From: Granulicella sp.
GTDB taxonomy: Bacteria > Acidobacteriota > Terriglobia > Terriglobales > Acidobacteriaceae
DNA: 64,000 bases
Assembly (NCBI GenBank): GCA_027339965.1
Contig: DAHWNL010000078.1
Coordinates: 136,789-200,788 of the forward strand
Direction of reading: 5' to 3'
Positions within the stretch are counted from its first letter, which is position 1. Each line of letters begins with the position of its first letter. Below the pieces are notes generated by a model. That model saw only the letters and a list, made by a program, of their open reading frames with translations. It was not told where the DNA came from and did not search any database. Of this stretch, positions 1 through 9,662 are shown in pieces. A program made the position numbers and the translations under genes.

Positions 1-342
1 TCTACCAACACCGGCCATTGGGTTGAAATCAAGCTCGTCGGCGCCATGAGAAAGGGCGATGCGGGTATACCCGTCGGAGATCCTGGAGCACGGAGCAACC
101 GCGACGGCATCGGCGCTCGCATCCAGGTCGTCACCGGCGATGTGAGGCGCTCTGCGGAGCGAGTAGCCAGTTCCGGCTATCTCTCCCAGAATGAAGGACG
201 CGTCCACTTCGGCCTGGGTACCGCTACGACCATTGACAAGCTGGTCGTCCGTTGGCCCAGCGGGATTGTGCAGACGCTCACGAACCAGCCGGCGGATCGC
301 GTGCTCACGATAGCGGAACCGGGAAGAGGGGAGGCGCAATGA
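1..342 (+). CDS. C-terminal part of a CRTAC1-family (FG-GAP + ASPIC/UnbV) secreted protein; begins upstream of the window
   Basis: Frame is open from base 1 (STNTGHWVEIKLVG...). Contains SNRDGIGARI...SGYLSQNEGRVHFGLG...IDKLVVRWPSG, the ASPIC/UnbV signature. Its stop overlaps the next ATG (ATGA). Confidence 0.85.
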   Translation, partial: STNTGHWVEIKLVGAMRKGDAGIPVGDPGARSNRDGIGARIQVVTGDVRRSAERVASSGYLSQNEGRVHFGLGTATTIDKLVVRWPSGIVQTLTNQPADRVLTIAEPGRGEAQ

Positions 343-2390
343 ATCGTCTCGGACGAGGCCGACGCCAGCTACCATCCCATCCGGTGGCAGCTCTCTCTGC
401 AGCACTTGCGGCGCTGCTCCTTGTTCTGCCGTGGCCCGGCCGCACCGTCCGCGCCGCCACTGCTTCTCCAGCCAGCCCGCTGCTGGGCTACGCCTCTCCG
501 GTGGAGTTGCTGTTTTCGCCCGACGCAACGCGGCTTTATGTCCTCTGCCAGGATAGCGGCGAGGTGCGCGTGCTGAACGCTACAACCTACGCCCCCACCG
601 CAACCATCGACGTGGGTCATGTGCCACGCGGATTCTTTCTCTCTCCCCATGGGAACAGGCTCTTCGTAACCAACTCCTGGGACGACACCCTTTCGGTCAT
701 CGACACCCGCGCACTGAAAGTGGTGGCTACATGGCATGTCGGAATGGAGCCATCGAGCGTCATTGAGGGGCCTGCAGGCAAGCATCTCTATATCGCCAAT
801 CGCATCAGTAACGACGTTGCTGTGCTGGACGCCCATACCGGCAGTGAGATCAAGCGACTTGCAGCCGGACGCGGAGCAAGCTACATGGCTCTCTCCCCCG
901 ATGGGCGGCGCATCTACGTCTCTCATGTCTACCCCAACCCTACTCCTTACCGCACCCCGCCGGAGTCGGAGTTGACGGTGATTGACACGGCTACAGCAGA
1001 AGTGGTCCATCGTCTTCCTCTGCCCAGCATCGCCGGCGCCTTTCATATCGCGTTTACCCCCAACGGCAGCCTGGGCGTACTGGCGGAGATGCACCCCAAG
1101 AACATGGTTCCGGTCACCCAGGTCGAGCATGGCTGGGCCTTTGAAGATACACTCGAACTCTTTGGCTCCGCTGTACCGCATCAAGCAGTCGAAGTGCCGC
1201 TGGATGATCTGGACAGCTATGCGGTGCGCCCCTTCGGCGTCGCCATCACGCCGGATGGTTCACGCCTTTACGTGAGCTGCGGTGGCTCGGACATCGTTAC
1301 CGTCATCAACCTGTGGAACCTGCGCCGTTATCTTCACACCCACAGCGGGCCAATCGCGTATGATCTTGCCGCCAGCGCCCATTACGTCGTAGCCAGAATC
1401 TCCGTGGGCCACGATCCACGCGGTGAGGTCGTCAGCGCCGATGGCCGTCGGTTGCTGGTAGCGAACCGGCTGGATGACACCATCAGCGTGATCGACACCG
1501 CCACCGGCAAGGTGGTCACTACCATCCCTCTGCCCCCATCCAGGCATCTGTGGGCAGAACGCTTCGGCCTGCAGATGTTCGCTGAGATGACCAACCCCTC
1601 TCCGGGGATGAGACGTTGCCCAGCCTGCCATATCGACGAGCGCCATCGCAATGCTCAGAAGATGAACCTGACGCCACAGCAACTGCTGGCCGCCCTGCGG
1701 CGTGGCCAGCAGGCCTTCTATAGCGCGAACTACTCCTTTCATGGCGGCATGGGCTGTGCCAACTGCCACGTCGATACCACCATGGATGCGCTGTTGTGGA
1801 ACTTTGAACCGGCTGGCCTGGGCCGGAACATCGTAGAAAACATGCTTCTGGAGGACATCCGCAACACCGCGCCGTACGATTGGACGGGCGTCAACCCCAA
1901 CCTGCCCACCCAGTGCGGACCTCGTACCGAGTTATTCATCTGGCGCTCCCAGAACTACAACGCCCGCACCCTCGCTGATACAGCCGCCTATCTGAACAGC
2001 CTTCCGTCCCGGCCCAACCGCTGGCGTCTGCCCAACGGTCAATTCAGCCCCGCGCAGGAGCGCGGCCGGCAGATCTTTGATCGCACCGTAGACGACTTCG
2101 GCAAGCCCATCCCGCTGACCAACCGCTGCAACTTCTGTCACAGCGGTCCGCTGGGCACGGATAGCAGGAAGTTCGATGTAGGAACCAAAGGACCGTACGA
2201 TACTACGGGGTTGTTCGTCACAGCGCAGTTGACTAACGTCGCACTCACCGCACCTTACCTGCATGACGGCTCTGCAGCAACCCTCGAAGAGATATGGACC
2301 ACCCACAACCCGCATGACCAGCACGGTCGCACCAATGACCTGACCAAGAACCAGCTCAACGACCTGATCGACTACCTGCGGACCCGATGA
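339..2390 (+). CDS. Secreted YVTN/YncE beta-propeller fused to a di-heme cytochrome c peroxidase/MauG-type domain (3 CXXCH)
   Basis: Signal peptide; repeated LFVTNSWDDTLSVID / LYIANRISNDVAVLD / LLVANRLDDTISVID blades; CPACH (1617), CANCH (1755), CNFCH (2127); TAPYDWTG and TAPYLHDGSAATLEE motifs. Start set at ATG 339 (GGAGG RBS). Confidence 0.85.
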   Translation: MNRLGRGRRQLPSHPVAALSAALAALLLVLPWPGRTVRAATASPASPLLGYASPVELLFSPDATRLYVLCQDSGEVRVLNATTYAPTATIDVGHVPRGFFLSPHGNRLFVTNSWDDTLSVIDTRALKVVATWHVGMEPSSVIEGPAGKHLYIANRISNDVAVLDAHTGSEIKRLAAGRGASYMALSPDGRRIYVSHVYPNPTPYRTPPESELTVIDTATAEVVHRLPLPSIAGAFHIAFTPNGSLGVLAEMHPKNMVPVTQVEHGWAFEDTLELFGSAVPHQAVEVPLDDLDSYAVRPFGVAITPDGSRLYVSCGGSDIVTVINLWNLRRYLHTHSGPIAYDLAASAHYVVARISVGHDPRGEVVSADGRRLLVANRLDDTISVIDTATGKVVTTIPLPPSRHLWAERFGLQMFAEMTNPSPGMRRCPACHIDERHRNAQKMNLTPQQLLAALRRGQQAFYSANYSFHGGMGCANCHVDTTMDALLWNFEPAGLGRNIVENMLLEDIRNTAPYDWTGVNPNLPTQCGPRTELFIWRSQNYNARTLADTAAYLNSLPSRPNRWRLPNGQFSPAQERGRQIFDRTVDDFGKPIPLTNRCNFCHSGPLGTDSRKFDVGTKGPYDTTGLFVTAQLTNVALTAPYLHDGSAATLEEIWTTHNPHDQHGRTNDLTKNQLNDLIDYLRTR

Positions 2391-2403
2391 AAGGACAGTG
2401 AAG

Positions 2404-3495
2404 ATGAGAGGGGTGCTCAACAAGCTTTGCCTGGGCGTGGCGTTTGCGGCCTCTGCGGCCTCAGCGTCTGCCGTGGCGCCAAAGCCGCCCGAAGTGCCAC
2501 ACTACCGCTTTGTCAACTACACCGTCGCGAACGGCCTGCCCAACAATCACGTCTACTCGGTTCTGGTGGATGGAAGCCGCGTCTGGGCTGGTACGGACGA
2601 TGGCCTCGGCCTCTATGAAAATGGCAGGTGGAGAACTTTTACCACCAGGGATGGCCTGGCGCAGCAAGCCGTGCTCTCGCTGGCGCTCGACAAGCAGACC
2701 GGCGACGTGTGGGCCGGAACGATGGGTGGGCTGAATCGCATCTCCGGCGGCCGCATCATCGCTACCTACACACAATTGAACTCAGGACTCAGCAACGATA
2801 TCGTGTACGGTGTATCCGTGGAAGGCAGGAATGTGTGGGTTGCCACAGCCGCCGGAGCCTGCCGGCTGAACCTGGATACGAACCAATGGTCGATCTATAC
2901 CGACGAAAATACCCCCATGAAGGAGATCTGGGTCTACGGCGTCTCAGCCGCATCGGACAAAGTCTACTTCGCTATCTGGGGAAGCGGTCTGCTCGAATAT
3001 AACCAGCAAACCAGGCTCTGGGATATCTACGATGACCCCGACCACGAAACCGATCTTGTGCTCTTCAAAAACCAGGGGCTCATCCACGACATCGTATCTT
3101 CCGTCAGTTATGTTGATAAGACCGTCTGGGTCTCCACTTACTTCGGTGCCAGCCGCTACAACGGACGGTATTGGCATAACTTCCTCACCAAAGATAGCGG
3201 CCTGCCCTCGAACTTCATCAACTACCTGAAGGCAGCAGACGCTAATCATGCGTGGTTCTGCACTGACCAGGGGCTGGCGTTCTATGACGGAGTCAGCTGG
3301 GCCGTCTACACGCCATCGCTCGCCACCGGCAAGCCGGAGATGTGGATGCGCGACGCCCAGGCTCATATCACCCACATTCCCGTCACCACCGCACCCGCCA
3401 GCAATTACTGCCTCGGTATCGATTTCCAGGGCCGCGATATCTGGGTCGCAACCGCCGGCGGACTAAGCCACGGAATCTTCCAACCGCAACCATAA
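2404..3495 (+). CDS. Secreted beta-propeller protein (two-component-regulator propeller-type repeats, no kinase domain)
   Basis: Signal peptide; repeats GLPNNHV..VWAGTDDGL, GLAQQAV..VWAGTMGGL, GLSNDIV..VWVATAAGA, GLPSNFI..WFCTDQGL. Confidence 0.8.
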   Translation: MRGVLNKLCLGVAFAASAASASAVAPKPPEVPHYRFVNYTVANGLPNNHVYSVLVDGSRVWAGTDDGLGLYENGRWRTFTTRDGLAQQAVLSLALDKQTGDVWAGTMGGLNRISGGRIIATYTQLNSGLSNDIVYGVSVEGRNVWVATAAGACRLNLDTNQWSIYTDENTPMKEIWVYGVSAASDKVYFAIWGSGLLEYNQQTRLWDIYDDPDHETDLVLFKNQGLIHDIVSSVSYVDKTVWVSTYFGASRYNGRYWHNFLTKDSGLPSNFINYLKAADANHAWFCTDQGLAFYDGVSWAVYTPSLATGKPEMWMRDAQAHITHIPVTTAPASNYCLGIDFQGRDIWVATAGGLSHGIFQPQP

Positions 3496-3507
3496 GGAGG
3501 TATCACT

Positions 3508-4008
3508 ATGAGCCCATTGACTGAACTTCTCGAGAGCATTGCCCACGCACCGGTCAGGAAACACGCCATTACCAACTACGGCGTACTGAATGAAGCCTAC
3601 TGCTATGACAAGCCGAGTTCCTTTTCACGCGGCATGAGAATCGATCTCGGCCAGGTATCTATCCTGCTCATCTCCGGCACGGCTTCCATTGACGAGCACG
3701 GCAAGAGCGTCCACATCGGTGACTTCCGCGCGCAGATGCGGCGCACGCTTTCCAATATCACCGGCTTGTTGGCCAGTGAAGGCTGCACCTGGCACGATAT
3801 CGTACGGACCACCTGCTACCTGCGAGACATCGAGCGCGATTACGAGGCATTCAACGAAGAACGTACAGCGTTTTACAAACAACTTGCACTCGACCCTCTG
3901 CCCGCTTCGACCGGCATTCAGGCAATCCTCTGCCGGCCGGAGCTGCTGATCGAAATCGAGGCCATCGCCATGTTCCGCAACGTTCAGACGGCCACCGCCA
4001 GGGAGTAG
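3508..4008 (+). CDS. Rid (RidA/YjgF/YER057c/UK114) family protein
   Basis: FSRG, LLISGTASID, DIVRTTCYLRD, PASTGIQAILCRPELLIEIEAIA; strong AGGAGG RBS. Confidence 0.85.
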   Translation: MSPLTELLESIAHAPVRKHAITNYGVLNEAYCYDKPSSFSRGMRIDLGQVSILLISGTASIDEHGKSVHIGDFRAQMRRTLSNITGLLASEGCTWHDIVRTTCYLRDIERDYEAFNEERTAFYKQLALDPLPASTGIQAILCRPELLIEIEAIAMFRNVQTATARE

Positions 4009-4013
4009 CCGCG

Positions 4014-6176
4014 ATGGTACAGAGATGGTTCGAGCGTTCTCCCTGTTACCGGGTACTCCGGGGAGAGCGAGTCGGCGCGTTTTCCGTTGGAAAAACCCAT
4101 GCTCCTGTCGATGCCCCGCGTTACCCCTGCCGGGGAGTCGCTCCAGCGGCCGCGGCCTGCCTTTGCCTGGCAGGCGTTACGCTTGCTTCTCGGGCTCAGC
4201 AGGCGCATCCGTCTCCGGCTGTGCCTCCTGCTCCACCGGCTATTTCCCACGCAACGGACTCCTGGTGCTCCTGTGGCGCTCATCCACCCGGCCCGGAACC
4301 GCTTTGGACTTCCAGGCCCTACGCCAATGTTCCACCGGACATGAAGCCCTACGCCAGGTTCGCCAAACCGTACTATCACTACTACACCCAGCCGACCATC
4401 TGGAACGGGCCGGGGCGCGATACACCCGCTCCCGCAAATCTCACCGAGGTGCGCATAGGTTTCGTCGGCCCCATCTCCCCGACCGATCCTGATTACACCA
4501 TGGGTATGCGCATGTTGCATGGAGTGCAGTTGGCCGTGGAAGAGGCAAACGCCCGTGGCAGCTACGGAGGCAAACCTTTCCGCCTGATGCTGCACGACGA
4601 CTACAACAACTGGCAGGCAGCGGCGGTCGCCGGCCAGGCTCGTCCTACCAATCCTGCCATCTGGGGCGCTGGCTTGGATCCAGCCGTCAAGTGCATCTAC
4701 GACGACAAGGACTGGGCCATCTTCGGCTCCATCAACTCAGAGACCACCCACGAGATGTTGCGCCTCTCCCTCAAAGCCGAAATCCCCATCGTCAACTCGG
4801 CTTCCACAGACCCCACCATCCCGGAGACCTCCGTCCCCTGGTACTTCACTGATCTCCAGGATGACCGCGTCCAGGACTACACGCTGGCGCGCCGCATCTA
4901 CACCGAACTGGGCCTCCAGCGGGTGGCTATCCTGCGCGTCAACAACCGCTATGGCCGCATGGGCGTCTTCAAATTTCGCGATGTCTCGCGCCGACTCGGC
5001 CATCCCGTAGTCATCGAACAGACATTCGCGGCTGGAACCACGGACTTCACGCAGGAACTGAGAAGCATCCAGGACTCGCGCGCCGACGCCATTCTGCTTT
5101 GGAGCGATGAAGCCCCCGCGGCAATGATCCTGCGGCAGATGCGCGCCATGGGGATGAAGCAGCGCGTCTTCGGCTCATATCGCACGCTGGGCCCCACCTT
5201 GCTGGCTCAGGCAGGTCCGGCGGCAGAGGGGTTTGAAGCTGCGTTTCCCTATGATCCCAACCGCAACAACCCGCGGTGGCTCGCCTTCAATCGCCGCTTC
5301 GAAGCCCGCTTCCACGAACCGCCCGATTCGCTTGACTCCCTGGCCTACGATGCCATGAACATCCTGCTCGACGCCATCTGCAGGGCGGGCCTGAATCGTG
5401 TGCGCATTCAGGACGCGCTAGACAACGTGCGGCAGTACGACGGAGTGACGGGGCACATGGTCTTCGATCCTAACCAGAAGAACGTAGCTCCCATGTACCT
5501 GGGCACGGTGCACCATGGCGCCATCACCTACCGGCTCGCCCCACTTTCGGAGCTACCCCTTGCCGGGCAGTCCACAGGCGCCCAGGCTCAGGCCAGCCAG
5601 AAGCCTGCTCTCCATCCCGCGGCAGTGCCCATTCCCTATGCACGCGTCGGTGAGGATGGCATCCATTATTTCGGGCCGACACAGCCCAGCATACCGCTCG
5701 GCCCGGTGCGCGCCATACTCATCGGGCCCCAGGCTCAAAAACTGGCACAGTCGCCCGCGATCAAGGCGGAGTTGGCTGCTGCCGCGCAAAAGGGGCGCGC
5801 CTGGATGCTGCTGCCTGTGGACAGCGACCAGCAGTGGGGCGCTGCATCCACCCAGTTGGTTCGTGACTTGTGGAACGAACACCCTCTGGCAATCATTGCT
5901 TTCGGCAGCAAAGCCGGTCATCTGTCGGAACAGTTGGCGCTGAAGACCTTTGTCCCGGTTGTGGCCGTCTCCGACGACCGGACTCTGACCTCCGCGGCCG
6001 TGCCATGGATCTTCCGCCTCCCGACGGGAACCTCCGCGGTGGCCGCGCTGCATCTCCTCGCAGACGCTGAGGCTCGCGGAGGGCCCAATCCCGAACGGGT
6101 CAGGAATGTGCTGGCCTCGGGAGATCTGATCTCAGGATTCGCATTTCTTCCCAGCGGAGATCTGCGCAAGCCATAA
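4014..6176 (+). CDS. Branched-chain amino acid/amide-type (class I) periplasmic binding protein with an extra partial C-terminal binding-protein domain
   Basis: VRIGFVGPIS, GVQLAVEEANARG, AIFGSINS, SASTDPTI, LAYDAMNILLDAI, YDGVTGHMVFD; a second half-domain (PVVAVSDDRTLTSAAVPWIFRL) follows. The start codon is uncertain. Confidence 0.8.
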   Translation: MVQRWFERSPCYRVLRGERVGAFSVGKTHAPVDAPRYPCRGVAPAAAACLCLAGVTLASRAQQAHPSPAVPPAPPAISHATDSWCSCGAHPPGPEPLWTSRPYANVPPDMKPYARFAKPYYHYYTQPTIWNGPGRDTPAPANLTEVRIGFVGPISPTDPDYTMGMRMLHGVQLAVEEANARGSYGGKPFRLMLHDDYNNWQAAAVAGQARPTNPAIWGAGLDPAVKCIYDDKDWAIFGSINSETTHEMLRLSLKAEIPIVNSASTDPTIPETSVPWYFTDLQDDRVQDYTLARRIYTELGLQRVAILRVNNRYGRMGVFKFRDVSRRLGHPVVIEQTFAAGTTDFTQELRSIQDSRADAILLWSDEAPAAMILRQMRAMGMKQRVFGSYRTLGPTLLAQAGPAAEGFEAAFPYDPNRNNPRWLAFNRRFEARFHEPPDSLDSLAYDAMNILLDAICRAGLNRVRIQDALDNVRQYDGVTGHMVFDPNQKNVAPMYLGTVHHGAITYRLAPLSELPLAGQSTGAQAQASQKPALHPAAVPIPYARVGEDGIHYFGPTQPSIPLGPVRAILIGPQAQKLAQSPAIKAELAAAAQKGRAWMLLPVDSDQQWGAASTQLVRDLWNEHPLAIIAFGSKAGHLSEQLALKTFVPVVAVSDDRTLTSAAVPWIFRLPTGTSAVAALHLLADAEARGGPNPERVRNVLASGDLISGFAFLPSGDLRKP

Positions 6177-6369
6177 GTCCCCGCTTCGCCTACGTAGCAA
6201 AAGAACCACTGGCTGGAGCCAGTCCGGAGAAAGTGGCCGCATAGGGAAGACAACCTCCTTCCTCCCGGGGACGGTCTCCAGCGGTCGGGTACCTCTGTAC
6301 CACTGGTCGTGCTGGCAGATTGGCGTTTGCAGCGCCGGCAAACGCGTGAGCGCTCAACGAAGCCCAGGG

Positions 6370-7000
6370 TCAGAGCGCGGCGAGTTCGGCCATGGTCGTG
6401 TCGTGGCGTAGCTTCCACTGGTCGGGGAGCCACAGGTCGAGGTCGGCGTCGGGCGTGACCGGCAGGTTGGTAAGCAGTTGGGTGAAGTAGATCTGCGGGT
6501 CGACCGCGTGGCGGCGGCAGGTCGAGGTCAGGCTGGAATAAGATGGCTGCCGTACGTCCGCCGCGCGGGTTGCCGACGAAGAGGCTGTTCTTCCGGTTTA
6601 GAACCACGCGCTTCATCTCGCACTCGCTGACACGATTGTCCAGCGGTATGGCGGGGTCGAAGAGGAAAACAGTCATCTCGGGCCATTGCCGGAGGGCGCA
6701 GCCGACAGCGTCGGCCATGGGATGCTTGGGCAGCAGGTACTCTTTCCAGCCAAGCAGCTTCTCGCGCGGCGCCGAGTGCTCCCCGCGCAGCGCCAGTCTG
6801 GCCGCAGGCTCCAGATCTTTTGCCTTGCGTTCGACCGCGTAGAGCGCGCGCACGTACTCGACCGCGGCAGCGGCGATCTCGGGAGCGGACTTTTCGGCTT
6901 CGACGAATCTTCTTTTCAGATGCGCCCAGCAGCCGGCGTGCGTGATGCCGTTGCGGGCGACAACTCCGTTGTAGCCGTCGTAACCATCGGAGAGCGCCAA
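6370..7000 (-). pseudogene. tnpC: IS66 transposase TnpC, C-terminal fragment with a frameshift
   Basis: SDGYDGYN, HAGCWAHLKRRF, IPLDNRVSECEMKRVVLNRKNSLFVG; after a frameshift, LTQLLTNLP...DLWLPDQW. The N-terminal half is missing. Confidence 0.85.
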
Positions 7001-7066
7001 CTCGGCAGTCCCATCATCCCCACCCTTGCTCTCCCACGGCGACCGGCATCGCTTCCAGCACCCGAA

Positions 7067-7417
7067 TCACCGCGCAAAGTTGATCGCCGTCAAATCCAGG
7101 CCCCACCAGAAGGCTGCGCCCACCGCAAAGGGGAACTTCGATGGTAGACCTGTTCGAGCCCAACGAACTGCCCTCGGTCGGCTCCGCTTGAAGAGCCGGT
7201 GACTGGCGACTGGGTTTTTTCTCGCGAATGCCCCAACGACCGCAACCTCAACAAAACCGTCTGCCGCTCCATCCCTCAACCTCGGCCGCCAGGCGTAAAA
7301 CCGCCCAACGCGCAGATCGCGTGCTCGGCAAAACGCCGCCACGCTCGCGCCGCTCATCTCCTGATCTCGAACCTGCTCCCGCCAAACCACCTACTCCGTC
7401 TTATCATGACGCCGCAT
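7067..7417 (-). pseudogene. tnpA: IS66 accessory protein TnpA remnant
   Basis: MRRHDKTE*VVWREQVRDQEMSGASVAAFCRARDL...FYAWR...GFVEV; in-frame TAG at 7391-7393. No tnpB was recognised. Confidence 0.75.
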
Positions 7418-7498
7418 GGGTCGAGTCTTACGCACCTCGACATCCCGCACAAGATGGCCTTCGTTGAGCGCTCACGGAATTTCTGCTCGATCTGAGGG

Positions 7499-8344
7499 TC
7501 AAGTCAGTACCGTCACCGGACCGCGACCCCTCCAGTTCGGGAAGGGAGACTGGCTGGCTCGCCGCAGTCGTCCTATCATCTCCCGCAGGCGATGGCGTCT
7601 GGCAAGCAGCGTAACTACAAGCAACTCGAGTCGATGGAGATCCGCCCCATGCCATTCTGGCGGCATGGTTTGGGCCAAGCTCCACAGAATGTCGGGGTCA
7701 AACTCTTCCATCCGGCTGAGCCATGGTTCGAAGCTGTTCCACCCGGTCACCCCAGCATAGACTCTATTGTCTGTGCACCTTCCTAGGAGTGGGGTGTCCT
7801 GAAACTCCCAACGGCTGCCGCTGAAGCAGGACCCCTGATCGATGAACAGAACACGATACTCGGGCTCTTGCGCATTGCGTAGAAAGATGGCTTGGCGACG
7901 GTCGGTGTTGCCGGTCCATTGGTCGAAGGCGAGCATGGGGGCGAACTCACCTAGATTGCATACATTGCGGAGCCACTCGCCAGGCAGGAGATCAAAGGCT
8001 TGCTGATGCAGAACCCCAGCGCCGAAACGGCTTCCGAACTGCAAGCCGCTAGCGCATCTCTCCCAACGCTGGTCTCCATAATGAATGATGAGTTGCGGAC
8101 TGCGTTCGATCAGCCATTCACTGACCTGGATCATTCCCGTCCTCGGCACGGACAGCCCCACCACCTCTGCCATGCGGTTAGCCAGAAACTCATTGGCCGG
8201 TACCCGGGGATGCTGGGGATTATTCTTGAACTTAACCACCCACACTGCGTGGTCTTCACCCAAGATCAACTTGCTCTGCGAACCGCCTCGCAGGGAGGAG
8301 ATCGCGTGCATCGCCCTTATCGGCGTCTCTTGGAAAGGCCCCAT
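7499..8344 (-). CDS. HipA-like kinase family protein
   Basis: RGGSQS glycine loop, WVVKFKNNPQHPRV.ANE, FDQWTGNTDRRQAIF, LFIDQG. The start is uncertain (the ORF is open to 8515). Confidence 0.75.
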   Translation of the reverse strand: MGPFQETPIRAMHAISSLRGGSQSKLILGEDHAVWVVKFKNNPQHPRVPANEFLANRMAEVVGLSVPRTGMIQVSEWLIERSPQLIIHYGDQRWERCASGLQFGSRFGAGVLHQQAFDLLPGEWLRNVCNLGEFAPMLAFDQWTGNTDRRQAIFLRNAQEPEYRVLFIDQGSCFSGSRWEFQDTPLLGRCTDNRVYAGVTGWNSFEPWLSRMEEFDPDILWSLAQTMPPEWHGADLHRLELLVVTLLARRHRLREMIGRLRRASQSPFPNWRGRGPVTVLT

Positions 8345-9060
8345 CTGTCTGGCCGGCTGTCCGGTCAGCGTAGAAACGGCTTCTGAAGCCCCATGCGCTG
8401 TCTCCGCCAAGGGGTTCAGCGATGCTTTGCTCTCCATCCGTCGGGAGGCGCACAATAAGGGTTCTACAGACGCGTCTACTGTCACACTCTGCCACGCGCT
8501 CGCTCCCATAAGCACACACCTCTAGGTGTTAATCGGAGAAAGAAGGTGTATCATGAGATGTGTCGCAATTTGGAGCATCCTTCGCCCAGATTCCATCGCA
8601 GTCCGCCGCCCGATACCCTCCGCGCTTCCAGTCTGATCCCAGCCAGCGCATGAAGGCCCTCCAGTGGGTTGTCATTCTTCCAACCCATGCTCTTGTTCGC
8701 TAAACCGAGCTCGGGCCTCCACTCTGCCGTCCACAGGTTCGTGGCGACTGTTGGTCGGATCCAACCGCCCCGCTCTAATGCCGGCTTGTTCGGAAATTCC
8801 CAGTTCTTTCCTGGCTCCTTATGCTTGTCAGCGCCAGTTCTTGCCTGAAAGCGCTCTCCAAGTGCGTACCTGGATCTTCACTTCTCTGAGCCTGCCAACA
8901 GCCTCGCAACCGATCCCCGGCAACAATTCTTCCTCGCCCTCGGAGCCGGCAACACGGAACCAGAGTCCTCTGCGGAGATGAGCGGTCTACTCTCTCTATC
9001 CCACTCAGGACTGGTCTCAGTCACCACCCTTTCATCCGCGGAGATCCAGGATCTTCGTCT

Positions 9061-9076
9061 TGTGATGAAGCTCACA
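9061..9076. promoter_or_regulatory. CRP/FNR-family binding site
   Basis: TGTGA-TGAAGC-TCACA matches the CRP consensus TGTGA-N6-TCACA exactly; it lies ~110 bp upstream of the cytochrome c operon. Confidence 0.6.
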
Positions 9077-9188
9077 TACGATCGCCCTTTTCGTGCCGCC
9101 CAATAAGGCAACATCGAATTGTCCTCCCGAGATTCACCCTCTAGAGGGCCGGTTCGCTGCAATTGCCGGGCGAAAGCGACATCGCTTG

Positions 9189-9662
9189 ATGAAAAACTTC
9201 CGGGATTCGGAACATCTGCTCAGATTCGCCTTTCTGTTTGCGATGGTGCTCGCCCTCTTTCTAATCGTGCGCCACTTCGTCGTGCCCAAGAGTTTCGGAG
9301 AATACGGCCACTATCGCGGGGCTGCCATCGGCGAGACCGCCGCACGGCCGATTCACTTCGCCGGACAATCCGCCTGCGCAACCTGCCACACGGACATCGC
9401 GGCAACCAAACAGGCCGGCATGCACGCTGGCGTTCACTGCGAAGCTTGCCACGGGCCTCTGGCCAAGCATGCCGCCGATCCGGCATCCGTTCAGCCGCCC
9501 AAACTTGACACCGCAGTTTTGTGCGTCCGGTGCCATGCAGCCAGCGCCGCCAAGCCGAAGAACTTCCCCCAGGTAGCCGCGGCAGAGCACTCCGGCGGAT
9601 TGGTCTGTGAGACCTGCCACCACCCCCACAGCCCTGCTATTCAAAGTGAAGGCGCCAAATGA
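9189..9662 (+). CDS. Membrane-anchored tetraheme cytochrome c
   Basis: N-terminal TM helix; CATCH, CEACH, CVRCH, CETCH; ATGA overlap with the next gene. Confidence 0.85.
   Translation: MKNFRDSEHLLRFAFLFAMVLALFLIVRHFVVPKSFGEYGHYRGAAIGETAARPIHFAGQSACATCHTDIAATKQAGMHAGVHCEACHGPLAKHAADPASVQPPKLDTAVLCVRCHAASAAKPKNFPQVAAAEHSGGLVCETCHHPHSPAIQSEGAK

Larger units (their letters stand above)
6346..7475 (-). mobile_element. Internally deleted IS66-family element (1130 bp, non-autonomous)
   Basis: Perfect 17-bp terminal inverted repeats GTGAGCGCTCAACGAAG (6346-6362) and CTTCGTTGAGCGCTCAC (7459-7475) enclose tnpA and tnpC remnants. No 8-bp target duplication is visible. Confidence 0.85.

Noticed and set aside
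5918..7000. 360-aa ORF as an intact transposase
   Set aside because: Only the first ~150 aa are TnpC. The rest is out-of-frame read-through past the IS end into the neighbouring gene.
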